Shown piece by piece: positions 44,490 to 55,873 of a stretch of DNA of 64,000 nt. The translations under genes and the position numbers were made by a program. The notes under the pieces were generated by a model, which saw only the letters and a program-made list of their open reading frames with translations, was not told the origin of the DNA and made no database searches. The first letter of the stretch is position 1; each line of letters starts with the position of its first letter. This DNA is from Diplonema japonicum. Its lineage: Eukaryota; Protista; Euglenozoa: Diplonemea. The DNA lies in NCBI GenBank assembly GCA_964019335.1, contig OZ025730.1, positions 124,001 to 188,000 of the forward strand, given 5' to 3'.

Positions 44490-47400
44490 TCACCTCCAAG
44501 GCTTCCTTTCGGTGTCAGACTTCTTTTCAGCCGAAGGAGGACCCACGGGTGAGTTTTTGTCGGTGTCGGGAACATGTTCCTCATCCTCGTCCCTGTAGGG
44601 CTCGGACTTCGGGCTTTCCTGACCACGAACCTCATTGGGTGTGCGCAACACACAAAAGATAACAACAGCAACGATGCAGATGAAGAAGCACACGAGGCAC
44701 ACAACGATTACAGCTATCTTCCACCCTGCAAAGCTGTCATCGCCACTAGAGCTCACTTCCACTTCTGTCTCTTCGCTGGTCACGTTCTCCATTGCAAACT
44801 CTGCCAGCACACTGGTGTTGTCCGTCTTTGCGTTTGCGATCTCGCTCTGCAGCTTGGTCTGAACATCGTCCTCAGTGCCGCTAGCCAGGTCAAAATCGTA
44901 CTCGACATAGGAGCTGTCGTCGATCTCCTGAAGAATGTGGCTTGCCCTGCCTGTCACAAGGTACCCCCTTGAGCACCCCCTTGCAAGCTTTGCCGCCGTC
45001 GTTACAGGGCACAAAGGATTGCACGCCCTTGCCGGGCAGACCCAGTGTACCGTGCACCCATTCACCAGTCCTGTCAGCAGCCCCAGCAGTGCGTCGACGA
45101 ACCTTGACCTGTTGAACCACCTCAGAAGCCTTCTCAAGAAGGTTCTGAAGATCCTTCTCAGTACCGACACCCTCGACGGCGCGTTGGGTGCGGGAGTCGG
45201 TGCTGGTGTCGGGACCTCGCATTGGCACAGCGGCTGGATCGATGCGTCATCACACTCACAGTGCTGGTGGACACCTGACGCCGGGTTGCAAGCAGCGTGA
45301 AGCACCGAAGTCCCAGGTGCGTAGCAGCTGGCCAGACACCACGCCACTGGTATGACCTGCTGAAGGCCGCGTGCGGTGAGCTTCCATGTCGTGCAGATCC
45401 TGTTGTTCTGGTTGGCGCCATCGATGCTGCACACGCTGTCGGTGAGGGGGTTCACGCACCACAACCCGCAGGTGGCGGTCGACGTTCCGGTGCTCTGCCC
45501 GTAGGAGGTGGGCACCCATTTGGCACACGTAGGCTTCGGGGTCGCAGCAACTTTGCACTTGCATAACTGGGCGACACCAACAGGTGCGGGGTCCTGGCAC
45601 ACAACGTCGGTGTTCGGGTTTGTGCAGAGCGTATTGCAGTCAAGTGCGCTGTTGTTGTTGATGGCCTCGTACTCGACGCATGTTGTGGGCACAGCACCGC
45701 TGAGATCAGCGTGGCAGGCCTCGTGCCCTGTGCACTTAGCAGTGACAGCACCCGACACTTTGTTCTTGTCGACATTGAGACAGGACCTGACACCAGTGCA
45801 CTGGATTTCGCAAACGGTGCCACTGGGCATGCTGGTGGGGCACTTCAGGGTCACGTCTTTGCACGATTCCTCACCGTCACACATGATGACACAGTTGTGA
45901 CCGGTAGGACACTCGAAGGTGGCGCCGCGACACGACTCGATGTCAGTGCACTTGATGGTCGTCGCACCACAGGCAGACCACCTGAACGCAGCGTCCTTGC
46001 AACTCCTGTAGCCGCTGCACGTGAGATTGCCGGTGGCGCCCTGTGTGCAGGTGTGCTGCATATCAGCACATCCAGATCGTCCAGTACATTTCAGGTCACA
46101 GCTCCCAGTAGTGTCGCACCTACCGGACACACCCTTGCACGCGTCAACACCACTGCAGGTTGTGCTGCACGTTGACGATGTGCATGTCAAGGCGTTTGAG
46201 GTAGCGGGCAGCCCGGAGCACGAGGCGTACCCACTGCATGTCACATCACACGTGTTCCCAGCACAGTTTGAGACACCGCCCATGCACGACTCGTAGCCAG
46301 AGCATGTGAACTCGCACCTAGACGACGAAGCGGGACACTCCTTCGAACGGTCTTTGCACTCACGGTAGTCATCGCACTGCATGAGGCAGTCGGTCGCAGT
46401 GCATGTGCAGCTCTGTGCAGTGCACTGTGTGGCAGCAGGTACTTGGCGAACACACTCGCAGATCGACAGGGTTGTGCCGCACACGTTCGATGTGACAGGG
46501 TTTCCGCACACGGTGTCACACCACCCAGCAGGGATGGTTGGGAGGGTCGCACCAGGTACCACAGACAGAGTAGAAGACGGTCCCCATTCCTCACACGTGC
46601 TCGGGACGGGCCTGGGTGAGTTGGTGCTCATAGAATTGCCGCACTCACAGAGCTGCACCACGCTGTTGGCTGCAGTGCAGATGTCGTTGAGGACACCAGT
46701 TGAACCGCACGTAGCGTCGCAGAGTGCGTGAGTGAGACCGGTCCAAGCACCCGCATCGGTAGGCACCCAATAGTTGCAGACAGGGTCAGGGTTCGGTGTG
46801 TGGACATACGACGACAGATCAGTCTCACATGCTTGCCAACCGCTGCAGGTGGCGGTGATGTCGCCGCTTAGGTGCGTTGTCTTGAACATCCCAGCACACG
46901 CGCGCCCGTGGGTGCAGTGGATCTCACATTTCTTACCATTAGACATGTTATCAGGACACCTCAACTTCATCCCGAGGCACGACTCGTAACCGCTGCACTT
47001 CACGATGCAGTTCTTACCTTTAGGGCACTCGATGTCGACGTTGGCACAGGACTGGGTCTGCGAGCACTCAAGAACGGCATCGTCGCCCGACCCCCACGCG
47101 AAGACAGCATGCTTACAACCCTTGTAGCCGGTGCACTCTGCGTAGCAAGGACCGTTTTTGCATTCATGCTTCACGCTCTGGCAGGACTGTGTCTGCGAGC
47201 AGCGCAGCTTGCAGTCATCACTCTGGCACTTCATCGCCACGTCTTCGCACGCTAGCATGCCCGTGCATCTGATGTCGCACTGATCGGCAGACGCGCCACA
47301 GTTGATGGCAGGCTGGCTCACACCGCTCAACTGGTTGACGGTAACAGCCAGCGTCGGAACCTCCTTCGCAGCTATGACCGGAATGGCTTTCAGGTATCGG

Positions 47401-48758
47401 CACGACAGGTATCCACTGCAGTCGATGTCACACTCAGAAGCCAGACTGCAGTCAATCGATCCCCTAAGGCATGCCTCCATCCCTGAACACGTCACCTCGC
47501 AGTCGCCCCGCGCGCACTTCAAGTTCGCCCCTTCGCACTCCGTCAGACCGTCGCACAGAAGCCCACAGTCGTTGCTACCCGTACACTGGCATGTGTTACC
47601 GGAGCCACAGCTGACGGTCGGAACAGGCGTAGGTGCTGGTGTGGCGGGGACTTTGTTTCTGCACTGGCACACAGGGGTGCAGAAGGTGGCCGCTTGCGTG
47701 TTCTTGTTGTTGCACATGAGGTTGCACCAGAGGTCGGTGACTAAACCCGGCTGCTTGGGAACCCAGTCGAAGCAATCATCACAGACACAGTTGACATTGC
47801 ACTCCATGACAGCCTCCGCATCGGTACTGTAGCACACAGAGTCGCAGTAAGTCTGGCTAATGGTTGTTCGCGGGATGAAGTGAGCACAACCAGAGGCAGC
47901 AGTTGGCACAGGGGTAGGCGCGGGAGTAGGCACAGGCGTGTTGCTGAGGAGTGCAAGAAGGTCGGCGTGGCACGAACCAGGGTTGCACTCGACTGTGACG
48001 GACCCGCTGAAGTGGGAAGAGTCCATGTCTATGCATGCCTTGTCACCGTGGCACTTGATGTGACACTTCTTGCCAGACCCTGTCGGGCACTTCAGATTGA
48101 GGGCCTTGCAGGACTCATGATTGGTGCAGGAAATGACACAGTCGTCACTGTCGCACTCGTAGGTACCGGTCTTGCAGGACTCGATGCCAGTGCAAAACTG
48201 TTCGCACTTTTCAGAGGAGCACTTCTGATGTATGTTGTCGCAGGACTTGCTGCCGTCACAGATCACCTTGCAGGAGTCGGTGTTGGGCCCGCAGTACAGG
48301 CCGTAAGGAACACCCGGTTTGTTGAAGTTGGAGTTCGCACACTTGCAGTGCGCGCTGGCGTTGGAAGGGTCGCAGATGTTGTTGAGCTTCCCGAGGCTGT
48401 CGTAGCAGGAAGACAGGCACGATGCGGGGGTGGCCTGCGCCTGCTGGCCGGTTTGTGTCACAGTCCAAGAGGTGCACGCCGTGTCGTACTCCTTAAGGTT
48501 CTTGCAAGCGTCTTGGCCAGCACACCTGATTTGGCATCTGTTAGATGTGCATTCCAAATGGTTGTTTTTGCAGGCATCTTTTCCTGTGCAGTCCACGTTG
48601 CACACGTCACCCTCACAGTACATGTCAGAATCCTTGCACTCATCCGACCCATCACAGAGGTACTGACAATTCCCGTCACATACACAAACATCGTTTTTAA
48701 CACACTGCGCAGCTTCGGAAGCTACGACTGCTAGGAGAACCGCCACTATCCTTTTCAT
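44490..48758 (-). CDS. Cys-rich type I membrane (surface) protein
   Basis: 1422 aa with a signal peptide, many C-x-G-x-x-(S/A)-C repeats, PT-rich linkers, a C-terminal TM helix and a short tail. Confidence 0.88.
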   Translation of the reverse strand: MKRIVAVLLAVVASEAAQCVKNDVCVCDGNCQYLCDGSDECKDSDMYCEGDVCNVDCTGKDACKNNHLECTSNRCQIRCAGQDACKNLKEYDTACTSWTVTQTGQQAQATPASCLSSCYDSLGKLNNICDPSNASAHCKCANSNFNKPGVPYGLYCGPNTDSCKVICDGSKSCDNIHQKCSSEKCEQFCTGIESCKTGTYECDSDDCVISCTNHESCKALNLKCPTGSGKKCHIKCHGDKACIDMDSSHFSGSVTVECNPGSCHADLLALLSNTPVPTPAPTPVPTAASGCAHFIPRTTISQTYCDSVCYSTDAEAVMECNVNCVCDDCFDWVPKQPGLVTDLWCNLMCNNKNTQAATFCTPVCQCRNKVPATPAPTPVPTVSCGSGNTCQCTGSNDCGLLCDGLTECEGANLKCARGDCEVTCSGMEACLRGSIDCSLASECDIDCSGYLSCRYLKAIPVIAAKEVPTLAVTVNQLSGVSQPAINCGASADQCDIRCTGMLACEDVAMKCQSDDCKLRCSQTQSCQSVKHECKNGPCYAECTGYKGCKHAVFAWGSGDDAVLECSQTQSCANVDIECPKGKNCIVKCSGYESCLGMKLRCPDNMSNGKKCEIHCTHGRACAGMFKTTHLSGDITATCSGWQACETDLSSYVHTPNPDPVCNYWVPTDAGAWTGLTHALCDATCGSTGVLNDICTAANSVVQLCECGNSMSTNSPRPVPSTCEEWGPSSTLSVVPGATLPTIPAGWCDTVCGNPVTSNVCGTTLSICECVRQVPAATQCTAQSCTCTATDCLMQCDDYRECKDRSKECPASSSRCEFTCSGYESCMGGVSNCAGNTCDVTCSGYASCSGLPATSNALTCTSSTCSTTCSGVDACKGVSGRCDTTGSCDLKCTGRSGCADMQHTCTQGATGNLTCSGYRSCKDAAFRWSACGATTIKCTDIESCRGATFECPTGHNCVIMCDGEESCKDVTLKCPTSMPSGTVCEIQCTGVRSCLNVDKNKVSGAVTAKCTGHEACHADLSGAVPTTCVEYEAINNNSALDCNTLCTNPNTDVVCQDPAPVGVAQLCKCKVAATPKPTCAKWVPTSYGQSTGTSTATCGLWCVNPLTDSVCSIDGANQNNRICTTWKLTARGLQQVIPVAWCLASCYAPGTSVLHAACNPASGVHQHCECDDASIQPLCQCEVPTPAPTPAPNAPSRVSVLRRIFRTFLRRLLRWFNRSRFVDALLGLLTGLVNGCTVHWVCPARACNPLCPVTTAAKLARGCSRGYLVTGRASHILQEIDDSSYVEYDFDLASGTEDDVQTKLQSEIANAKTDNTSVLAEFAMENVTSEETEVEVSSSGDDSFAGWKIAVIVVCLVCFFICIVAVVIFCVLRTPNEVRGQESPKSEPYRDEDEEHVPDTDKNSPVGPPSAEKKSDTERKPWR

Positions 48759-49797
48759 TGTTTTTTTTTTTTTTTTTTTGCGTCTGACAAATAGTGTTTT
48801 TAAGAAGAAAAAAAAATGAAAGGGTGAAACAAAAAAAAAAGGGGGAGGGTTTTTTTTGCTATCGTTTCAGGACTGGGCCTGATGTACCTATTTTCTTCGC
48901 TCTGCTCAACGTGGATCACGCCTGTCCTGTTGGGAGAGAAAAAGAAGGAAAGGAAAAAAGGGAGGGGATCATCCGTAAACCGCTTTTTTTTTTGAGGGAG
49001 AAAAAAAAAAAAAAAAAGGGGTAACGATGAGGGAGCGGGGGGGTAACAGAGAGAGAGAGGGGGAAAAATAATAATAATAATAATAATAAAACAAACAAGA
49101 CGTTTTCATTAAAGTACCCACCTTCCCCCCCCAAAAAAAAAAGAAGAATTTTTTTTTTGTTCTCAGGTAAAAGTCAATTCGTTGTGGCAATGCCTTTTAA
49201 TTGATCAACCACGGGGGGGGGGGGGGGGGGGGTTTCATGCTGCTAACTCGCACAGCGACACCAAGCGAAACAAGTGCAAAGGTTTTTTTTTTGGGGGGGT
49301 AACTCACTGAATATCCAAGAAAAGTGCCGCAAATGCAGGCTTGTTTTGCAAAAAAAAAAAAGAAAAAAAAGAAGAGGGGCAGCTTGTCCGTTTCTACTGC
49401 AGGTGAGAACAGCTTACACAAACATCACACCCGTCTTTTTTTTTTTTTTTCTTCCTCTTTTTTTCTTAGCTATTATTTATACCCTCTGCTCAGCCCCCCC
49501 CTAGAACCAAAAATACTCACTTGGGTATTGTGTGAATTTTTTGAGTTCTTTTCTTTGGGTACTAAGTGAAGTACTCTCCGTTTTTTTTTTTTTTTTTTTT
49601 ATATAACTATCTTCGTAGGAAAGAAGAGAATACGGGAAGGTCCTATTTCGTTTATCATTTTCCCTCCAACCCTCCGGGGGTTCTACTTCTTTGTTTCCGC
49701 GAGATTGTTGTTTTTTTCTTTTTTTTTTTTCCGGGTGTGTCTTTTTTTTTTCTTTTTTTTTTTTTTTTTCTGGAACAGGGATCGAGGATCAGAATCT

Positions 49798-52593
49798 TCA
49801 AGAAGACATTGGGAAAGGCAACAGTGCATTCGTGGCGGCAGCGGTGAGATCATCATCAGAAAGGTGTGCGGAGACAGTGCTGTTGTCACCCTTGCAGATT
49901 TTAGAAGAACCCGAAGGGGTATGCACACTATTACTCGCAACGCTCATCGTCATGTCAGCCGGCTTGCCGCAGGTGGAGATATAACCAGTATTGGAAGTGG
50001 TTTGGCATAGGTTGTTGTAGAAAGCATCATTGTTCCCGTTTTGAAAACAGTCCTGGACATACCCGTACACGTTGTTGTACTGGTGGTTCCACTGCCCGCC
50101 GAAATCGCACTTCAGCCCGACATACGCATACACAAAGTAATTGTGATGTGTGAGGTAGTGGCTGCTCCCGTCATCGTTGTCAATGGCAGCTTGGCTGGCG
50201 TACACTGCCAAAACAAAATTGTGCCGTAACTGGCGGAACATCGACAATGTTGTGGGGCCCGTTGCAGGGATATGGCCAGGCATGTCGCCCGTAACGTTGT
50301 TCTTATTCATCACACGGTGCATTCCGATCTCTGTGATGTACGGGACTCTGTCCCAGCTGTTGAAAGGGCCGTGGTCGCCGCTCTCTCTGACACAGTTCGT
50401 CAGCAGGTTGCCCTCCATGATGTCTCCACCTCCGAAGCCGTCGTTGAAGTTCACACCCGCACGTGGGCCGTTGAAATGCACGTTTCGCGCAAGGTATGTC
50501 CCCGACGTGACTGCTTGGAACCACATGGCGCTCTGCTTCTGCCATATCCCTATCTCCCTTACAAGGTTTCCTGTGATTTTGGTGTCCCGCGGTTGGTTCC
50601 CGTTCCTCCCATCCGGGCCGATGTTGTAAGGTAGCTTATGAGAGCATGCCTCGTCAAGGCAGGGCGACGTGCTGCCCCAGGCTGCCATTGCCGTGTCGCC
50701 TATCCAGCTGAACTCGTTGTTGGAGACCGTCACGTTCCTGTTGTAGTTGCTGAGGAACACCCCGTTGCCGTCCACGCGTGTTATGTGATTGTTGTCGATG
50801 GTGATTAGTTCCGCACCTTCGATCAGAACCGCTCCCGATCTCTGGAGGGCCCAGTCCCCTCCACTGGGCATCCCATGTTTGTCCGCCTCGTCTGTGCCAA
50901 GGTATGTCAGTGCTGCATCTCTGATGACCAGTCCACGGATGGCTACGTTGCGCACAGGTGTTGCCTGCGATCCGGTGATGTTGAAGATCACCTTTGTTTG
51001 TGTTGCCACGAACTCCTCGTTCCCCGTCGGTGTTTCCGTCCCGTTGAATGTGTAGTACAGAGCACCTTCCTCGGCGTCGTAGAAGTACTCGCCGGGCGCG
51101 TCGCACTCCTCCTTCACGTTCTCGATCCACCACTCGCTGTGCGTCTTGATGCCCTCGCCACCGTTGTTGCACCCTGTGGTCTGGTCGAAGGTCATCGTCT
51201 GCGACGTCTTGTCAATCCCGTCGACGAGGCAAAGGTTGGAGTACCACCTCCCGTTTGCCCTCCACGCCTGCACAACTGCACCCTTCGGGTTGGAGTAGTT
51301 CGCCGCCTGCGGGAGGATGCCTGCATAGGAGAGCCCACTAGGTGCCATGTGTGTGTAGAGGTTGCCGTTTCGAGGGGAGTTCGCAGAACACCAGTACCCT
51401 GAAGGCGGCGACAGCTTGGTGCTGCAGAACCCGTTCATGCCGAGGTTGAAGCGGCCCCAGTCTCCCATGCCGGTCCATGTGGAACCGCCTTCTTCGGAAC
51501 TAGGCCACTCCACGCTGGGCCAGTTGGTCCCATTTGCCACAAGCTCAATGGTGCTAGCGAATTTCTCTGTCTGGTTCATAGGGGGCAGCCACTTGGTGGT
51601 TCCGGTGATCCACCCCTGTGCGTACGTACCATGCCCCATGGCAGGGTCCGTCGAGATGTACCAATGCCCGGACATCTCGGGCGCACCGTTGGGGTACTTG
51701 GCTCGCACAGCACGTGCCGTGCCCACCCTGAGCCCCGTGACCTCGCCAAGGTCCTGTCCCTTGACGTCCAAACGCCAGGTGTTCTGCTGGGCGAAGCGGG
51801 AGGAGATGATGTCGTTTTGCGGGTGGGGCGACCAGAACTCGCTGACGGTCCCGAAGCATTGGTTGGCCCAGCCACCGGCCACAGACGCGCCCATTAAAGT
51901 GACGGAGTGGAAGGTGCCCTTCGTGCTGTTCTTCGCAGCTGCTTCGCAGTCGCCGATGCTGCTGAACATTCCGAGGTACTTGACATCTGGTGTGTCTGCC
52001 TTGCTCTGCGCCCTGTTGTACACGTTGTCCACATTAGAGTACGCCGCCCAATGGGGTGGGGTGACCTTGTAGGGTGACCACGCTGCTAAGGTGTTTTGGA
52101 CAGGGATGCCGCCTCTGACGATGGCCTCCTCGCCCTCATAGTTCTGGATGACAAGGTTGTTGTGGTCCGGCGTGACTAAGATCTGAGTTGTGTGGTAGGA
52201 CCCTGCCCGCAGTACGATGGTGACATTGCCCGCCACGCCCTTCGCTGCTGCGACGGCGTTCTTTAAAGTGTTGAAAGGTGATGTTTTGCTTCCAGTGCCC
52301 CCGCTTGCGGCATTGGAGTCCGTGTATATGACCAAGCCTGCAGTAGGGGTGGGGAAGGTAGGGGGCGTCCATTTATCTTCTTCGGAAGGAGAAGGTACAC
52401 CGCACGCCTGCAGCTGTAGGGCATCGTAAAGCGTCTTGAATTCTCCTCTTTGAGGGAGCGTCTTTTTCCCGAAGTCCCACGCATGCTCTCGTACCTTGCA
52501 GTCGTAGCTGGCGGGGATACCAAGAGGCGTGCCAGGGTTGACAAATGGCGGCGGGCTAGCCAGTGCTGCTATCAAAATCACCCCGTGTAACAT
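49798..52593 (-). CDS. Secreted right-handed parallel beta-helix protein (pectin-lyase-like / GH141-like fold)
   Basis: Likely ATG at 52593 (MLHGVILIAALAS signal). Motifs GTGSKTSPFNTL..A..IVLRAGSY, PGEYFYD, NVTVSNNEF, NLVREIG and RESGDHGPFNSWDR. Confidence 0.8.
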   Translation of the reverse strand: MLHGVILIAALASPPPFVNPGTPLGIPASYDCKVREHAWDFGKKTLPQRGEFKTLYDALQLQACGVPSPSEEDKWTPPTFPTPTAGLVIYTDSNAASGGTGSKTSPFNTLKNAVAAAKGVAGNVTIVLRAGSYHTTQILVTPDHNNLVIQNYEGEEAIVRGGIPVQNTLAAWSPYKVTPPHWAAYSNVDNVYNRAQSKADTPDVKYLGMFSSIGDCEAAAKNSTKGTFHSVTLMGASVAGGWANQCFGTVSEFWSPHPQNDIISSRFAQQNTWRLDVKGQDLGEVTGLRVGTARAVRAKYPNGAPEMSGHWYISTDPAMGHGTYAQGWITGTTKWLPPMNQTEKFASTIELVANGTNWPSVEWPSSEEGGSTWTGMGDWGRFNLGMNGFCSTKLSPPSGYWCSANSPRNGNLYTHMAPSGLSYAGILPQAANYSNPKGAVVQAWRANGRWYSNLCLVDGIDKTSQTMTFDQTTGCNNGGEGIKTHSEWWIENVKEECDAPGEYFYDAEEGALYYTFNGTETPTGNEEFVATQTKVIFNITGSQATPVRNVAIRGLVIRDAALTYLGTDEADKHGMPSGGDWALQRSGAVLIEGAELITIDNNHITRVDGNGVFLSNYNRNVTVSNNEFSWIGDTAMAAWGSTSPCLDEACSHKLPYNIGPDGRNGNQPRDTKITGNLVREIGIWQKQSAMWFQAVTSGTYLARNVHFNGPRAGVNFNDGFGGGDIMEGNLLTNCVRESGDHGPFNSWDRVPYITEIGMHRVMNKNNVTGDMPGHIPATGPTTLSMFRQLRHNFVLAVYASQAAIDNDDGSSHYLTHHNYFVYAYVGLKCDFGGQWNHQYNNVYGYVQDCFQNGNNDAFYNNLCQTTSNTGYISTCGKPADMTMSVASNSVHTPSGSSKICKGDNSTVSAHLSDDDLTAAATNALLPFPMSS

Positions 52594-52664
52594 GGCTTTA
52601 GTAGGATTATGCGGTAAATTGTTGTAAAACAAGAAGAAAAAAAAAAATTTTTTTTTGCTTGTTT

Positions 52665-52698
<34 letters not shown>

Positions 52699-52758
52699 AA
52701 TAAGTATAAGTTGGGAGAAAGAGCGAGAGGGAGGGATTTTTTTTTTTTTTAATATAAA

Positions 52759-53125
52759 CCCTTATGCAGCCCAACTGTAGAAGCAGATTATGGGGGGGGG
52801 GTTTTTTTTTCAGGGAGGTTTTCGGAGCCACAGTGATGAATCGCAGTATTTCTTTCAGCTCTTCAACACCGAAGAGGTAAACTACGTTTTCGAGCAAATC
52901 AAAGTGCACCACAAAGAACACCAGTAAACAACGTTTTCTGTAGTGGATGTATTGTCCTGATAAGCCGCAACGTAAGCGAGAGCAGCAGGGTACTGTCTCG
53001 ACTTTCTCAAAAAAAATGGGGCTTTGGTTGCAACACTATTTGGCGTTAAGTGTGCAGCGTGGTGGGGGGTCTATCTTGTGTTGTTAAAAAAAAAAAAATC
53101 AAATTACCCCATGGCTGCATAAGGG
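52759..53125 (+). mobile_element. piggyBac-derived MITE
   Basis: 13-bp perfect TIR CCCTTATGCAGCC/GGCTGCATAAGGG, with right flank TTAA and left flank TAAA. The internal remnant YFFQLFNTEEVNYVFEQ resembles a PGBD N-terminus. Confidence 0.7.
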
Positions 53126-53180
53126 TTAAAAAGGGGTAGGAAAAAAAAAAAAAAAAACCCGTATCGTTCTATTTATATAT

Positions 53181-53904
53181 GAGCTCGTCCGGACGAAAAT
53201 GTCAACACTTTTTTGGGCACCTCCAAAAATATATGGCGCCGCATAGCCCCCGAAAATCCGGTTTTTTACACCCTATTTTTTGGCTTTTTCAAGGGGTTCC
53301 TAAGGGACTTTAACCTTTTTCAGAAAAACCAATTCTTAACACTTGTCTGCTCATGCATAGCTTTGGCATTGGTATCTTTGGGGTCAAACTTTCATTCTCA
53401 ACCCATCTGCTGAGGGTTTTCCTTTTCTTTTGCACTCATAATACTTTAAAAGTGAAAAGTTTGCTTTTTTAAGGGATTTTAAAGGGATTTTAGCCTTAAA
53501 TAGGCGAAAATGGCACTTTAAGGGTAAGGTCTCCCCACCCCATTTTAATAGTGATTTAGAGTCCAGCCCACCCAAAATGACCCCAAAGATTTCACAGATT
53601 TTCAATCTGCGTCCATTCCTCCTGTCGCTTTTCACGGAAAAACGAAAATAAAAAAATGGAGTCTGGGTTATTTGTAACTTCCAAATTGAATCGTTTGCCA
53701 AAAAACCATTCTAAAAAACATGTTTTTGCACGTGCGTTTTAAAAATAAAACAAACGGCGAGCATTTTGACCTATTTGGTGTTCAAGCTTAGACTGCATTT
53801 CTGCACACAAAGTGGTGTCGGACTACTTTTTTACTTAGAAATTTAACGGGGGTTTTCTGCCGCATAGGAGGGTCATTTGTTGACATTTTTTTCCGGACGA
53901 GCTC
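53181..53904. mobile_element. Non-autonomous TIR element with GAG termini and ATAT TSD (Sola-like MITE)
   Basis: TIRs GAGCTCGTCCGGA(cg)AAAATGTCAACA / TGTTGACATTTT(tt)TCCGGACGAGCTC, with ATAT on both sides. Confidence 0.8.
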
Positions 53905-53938
53905 ATATTGTTTTAGCTGTATCCTTTCCCCCCCGCTC

Positions 53939-53969
<31 letters not shown>

Positions 53970-54968
53970 GTCGGTAAAACCTATTTTCTTTTTCATGAAA
54001 AAAGAATAAGACTTGTTATTTCACTTGTGGTGGTGTGTTTTTGACTCGTTTAAAGTGTGCCGCACTCGCTCAGCTAGCGATATAAGCACCTCACTCGCCA
54101 AAACCTCTGCCTACCGACCAGTGAAATCATAGGGTCTTCGTTCTCATGAAATAAATAGGTGTTCTCTTTATCCCGCTCTTTCCCTCCCCCGTATTTTTTT
54201 CTTTTTTTTTTTCTCTCTTTTCTTTTTTTTCTTTTTTTTTTCCCTTCTTCCCGAAGGGTGCGTTCAAGGGGAGACAAAAAAAAATCTTTGGTGATTTTTT
54301 TTTTTTTTTTTGTCTCACATAGGGTACCTTACATAAAGAAGAATTTCTTTCTTTTTTGCAAAAGTGTTAGCAACGAAACACTCAGTAGAAGAAAAAAGAA
54401 AAAAAAAGAAGAAGAAGAAAAAAAAAGAGACATTTAAGAAAGAAAAAGAGGGATTGTTTTTTTTTTTTTTTTTTTGAACATACTATTGTGGAAAAGAAAA
54501 ATAAAAAAGAATACTATTAGCTGCTCAAGCGTAAAAAATGAGAATATTTTTATTTGGTAAAAATAAAGGGGGGAAAAAAGGGGGGGGGGAACTAATAACG
54601 CTCGTGCGCACAAAACAAAAGTTGCCTAGGGGAAGAATGGAGAACAAAAAAAAAAAAAAAATACTGTAAAATGAAAAAGTGCCGGACTGATAAAGCCCGA
54701 GTTTTACTGACGTCGAGGAATTTGTCAGGCCTGGACCATTTTTTTTTCCGTCCAGGGGATTCCTGGCGTCAGGACTTTTGTCAGTGCATTTAGACATTGT
54801 CAGAGCGACGATTTTTTTTTTTTTTCTTTACAGTGATATTTCTTTATGACTTTTGTTATTTTCACGCGAGTATTTCTTTTTTTTTTTTTTTTAAATATTG
54901 CTCGGCACAAGTTTTGCATAAAGTGATACTCTTCTCCCCCCCCCTCTCTCTTTCTCTCTCTCCCTCCC

Positions 54969-55586
54969 TCACACATACTGAAGAAGTTGGAACCTCAACA
55001 GCCCCACAGGGCACCAGGCCTCCAGGGAGAACTGGGTACCAGCATCGCCTCCAGCCTCTTCTATAATGTAGCTCCCGCTGCTTTGTGAAAATACAAGGTC
55101 TATAACTGCCAAGCAAGGCTTCTTGGGAAGGAGTTCTGTCAGGGTGTGGGTGGAAAGAGGGAGAGAAAGTATCGAAGACGTGAGAGTCTGGGAAGAAGAG
55201 GAAGAGAGCCAAAGAGGCTCTTTGTGATCGCAGACCCAGTCAACACAAAGCATGTGTGTGTCGTTCTCTTCAATTTCCTGAAAGGAATCGGGGCAGCCAG
55301 GGCAGCCTGGCTTGTTCCCCTCTTCAAGTGAAGGTTTAGTTGCGGTGCTGTGTCCTTTTATTTTCAGCAACCATTTCATTAGCATAGCCCGCTCCACGGC
55401 GTTTGGGCCGTCTTCCACCCTGGGAAACAAGAATTCATTCAGCAAGCTTCGCAGTTCTACTTCTGGTACACCCTCCAAATCGCTCACCTCCAAGCAGCCG
55501 GAGAGTGCCAACCACTCCTCAAACTCACCCCAGAGCCCTTTTCGTGCCTTTTCCATCCATTTTCTTGCCTCGTTTTTTGGATCCAT
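54969..55586 (-). CDS. Hypothetical protein
   Basis: 205-aa ORF with the ATG after a poly-A leader. Confidence 0.55.
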   Translation of the reverse strand: MDPKNEARKWMEKARKGLWGEFEEWLALSGCLEVSDLEGVPEVELRSLLNEFLFPRVEDGPNAVERAMLMKWLLKIKGHSTATKPSLEEGNKPGCPGCPDSFQEIEENDTHMLCVDWVCDHKEPLWLSSSSSQTLTSSILSLPLSTHTLTELLPKKPCLAVIDLVFSQSSGSYIIEEAGGDAGTQFSLEAWCPVGLLRFQLLQYV

Positions 55587-55873
55587 TTTTTTTTTTTTTT
55601 TTTTTTTTTGCTAAACCCTTAAAAAGTTTTCCCCGTCCGATGGTTTGGGCATCTATAGAATAAAAAAAATAATAATAAAGGGGGAGCAAAAAAAAAAAAA
55701 AAAAAAAGCGGGGGAGGGTAATGAGGAGAAATCATCAACAAAAAATAATGTGGGGGGGGGGAAGGGAAAAGCGGGTTTTTTTCAAACTTTTTTTTCTTTT
55801 TCGCTAGGGGTAAAAAAAAAAAAAAATGGGGGAGAAAGAGAGGGGAGAAGGGGGGGGGGGGGGGGGGGGAAAT

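Noticed and set aside
49105-49120. GTACTTTAATG on the minus strand as a second SL relic
   Set aside because: One mismatch in 11 nt within AT-rich DNA, and no TSD or element boundary supports it.
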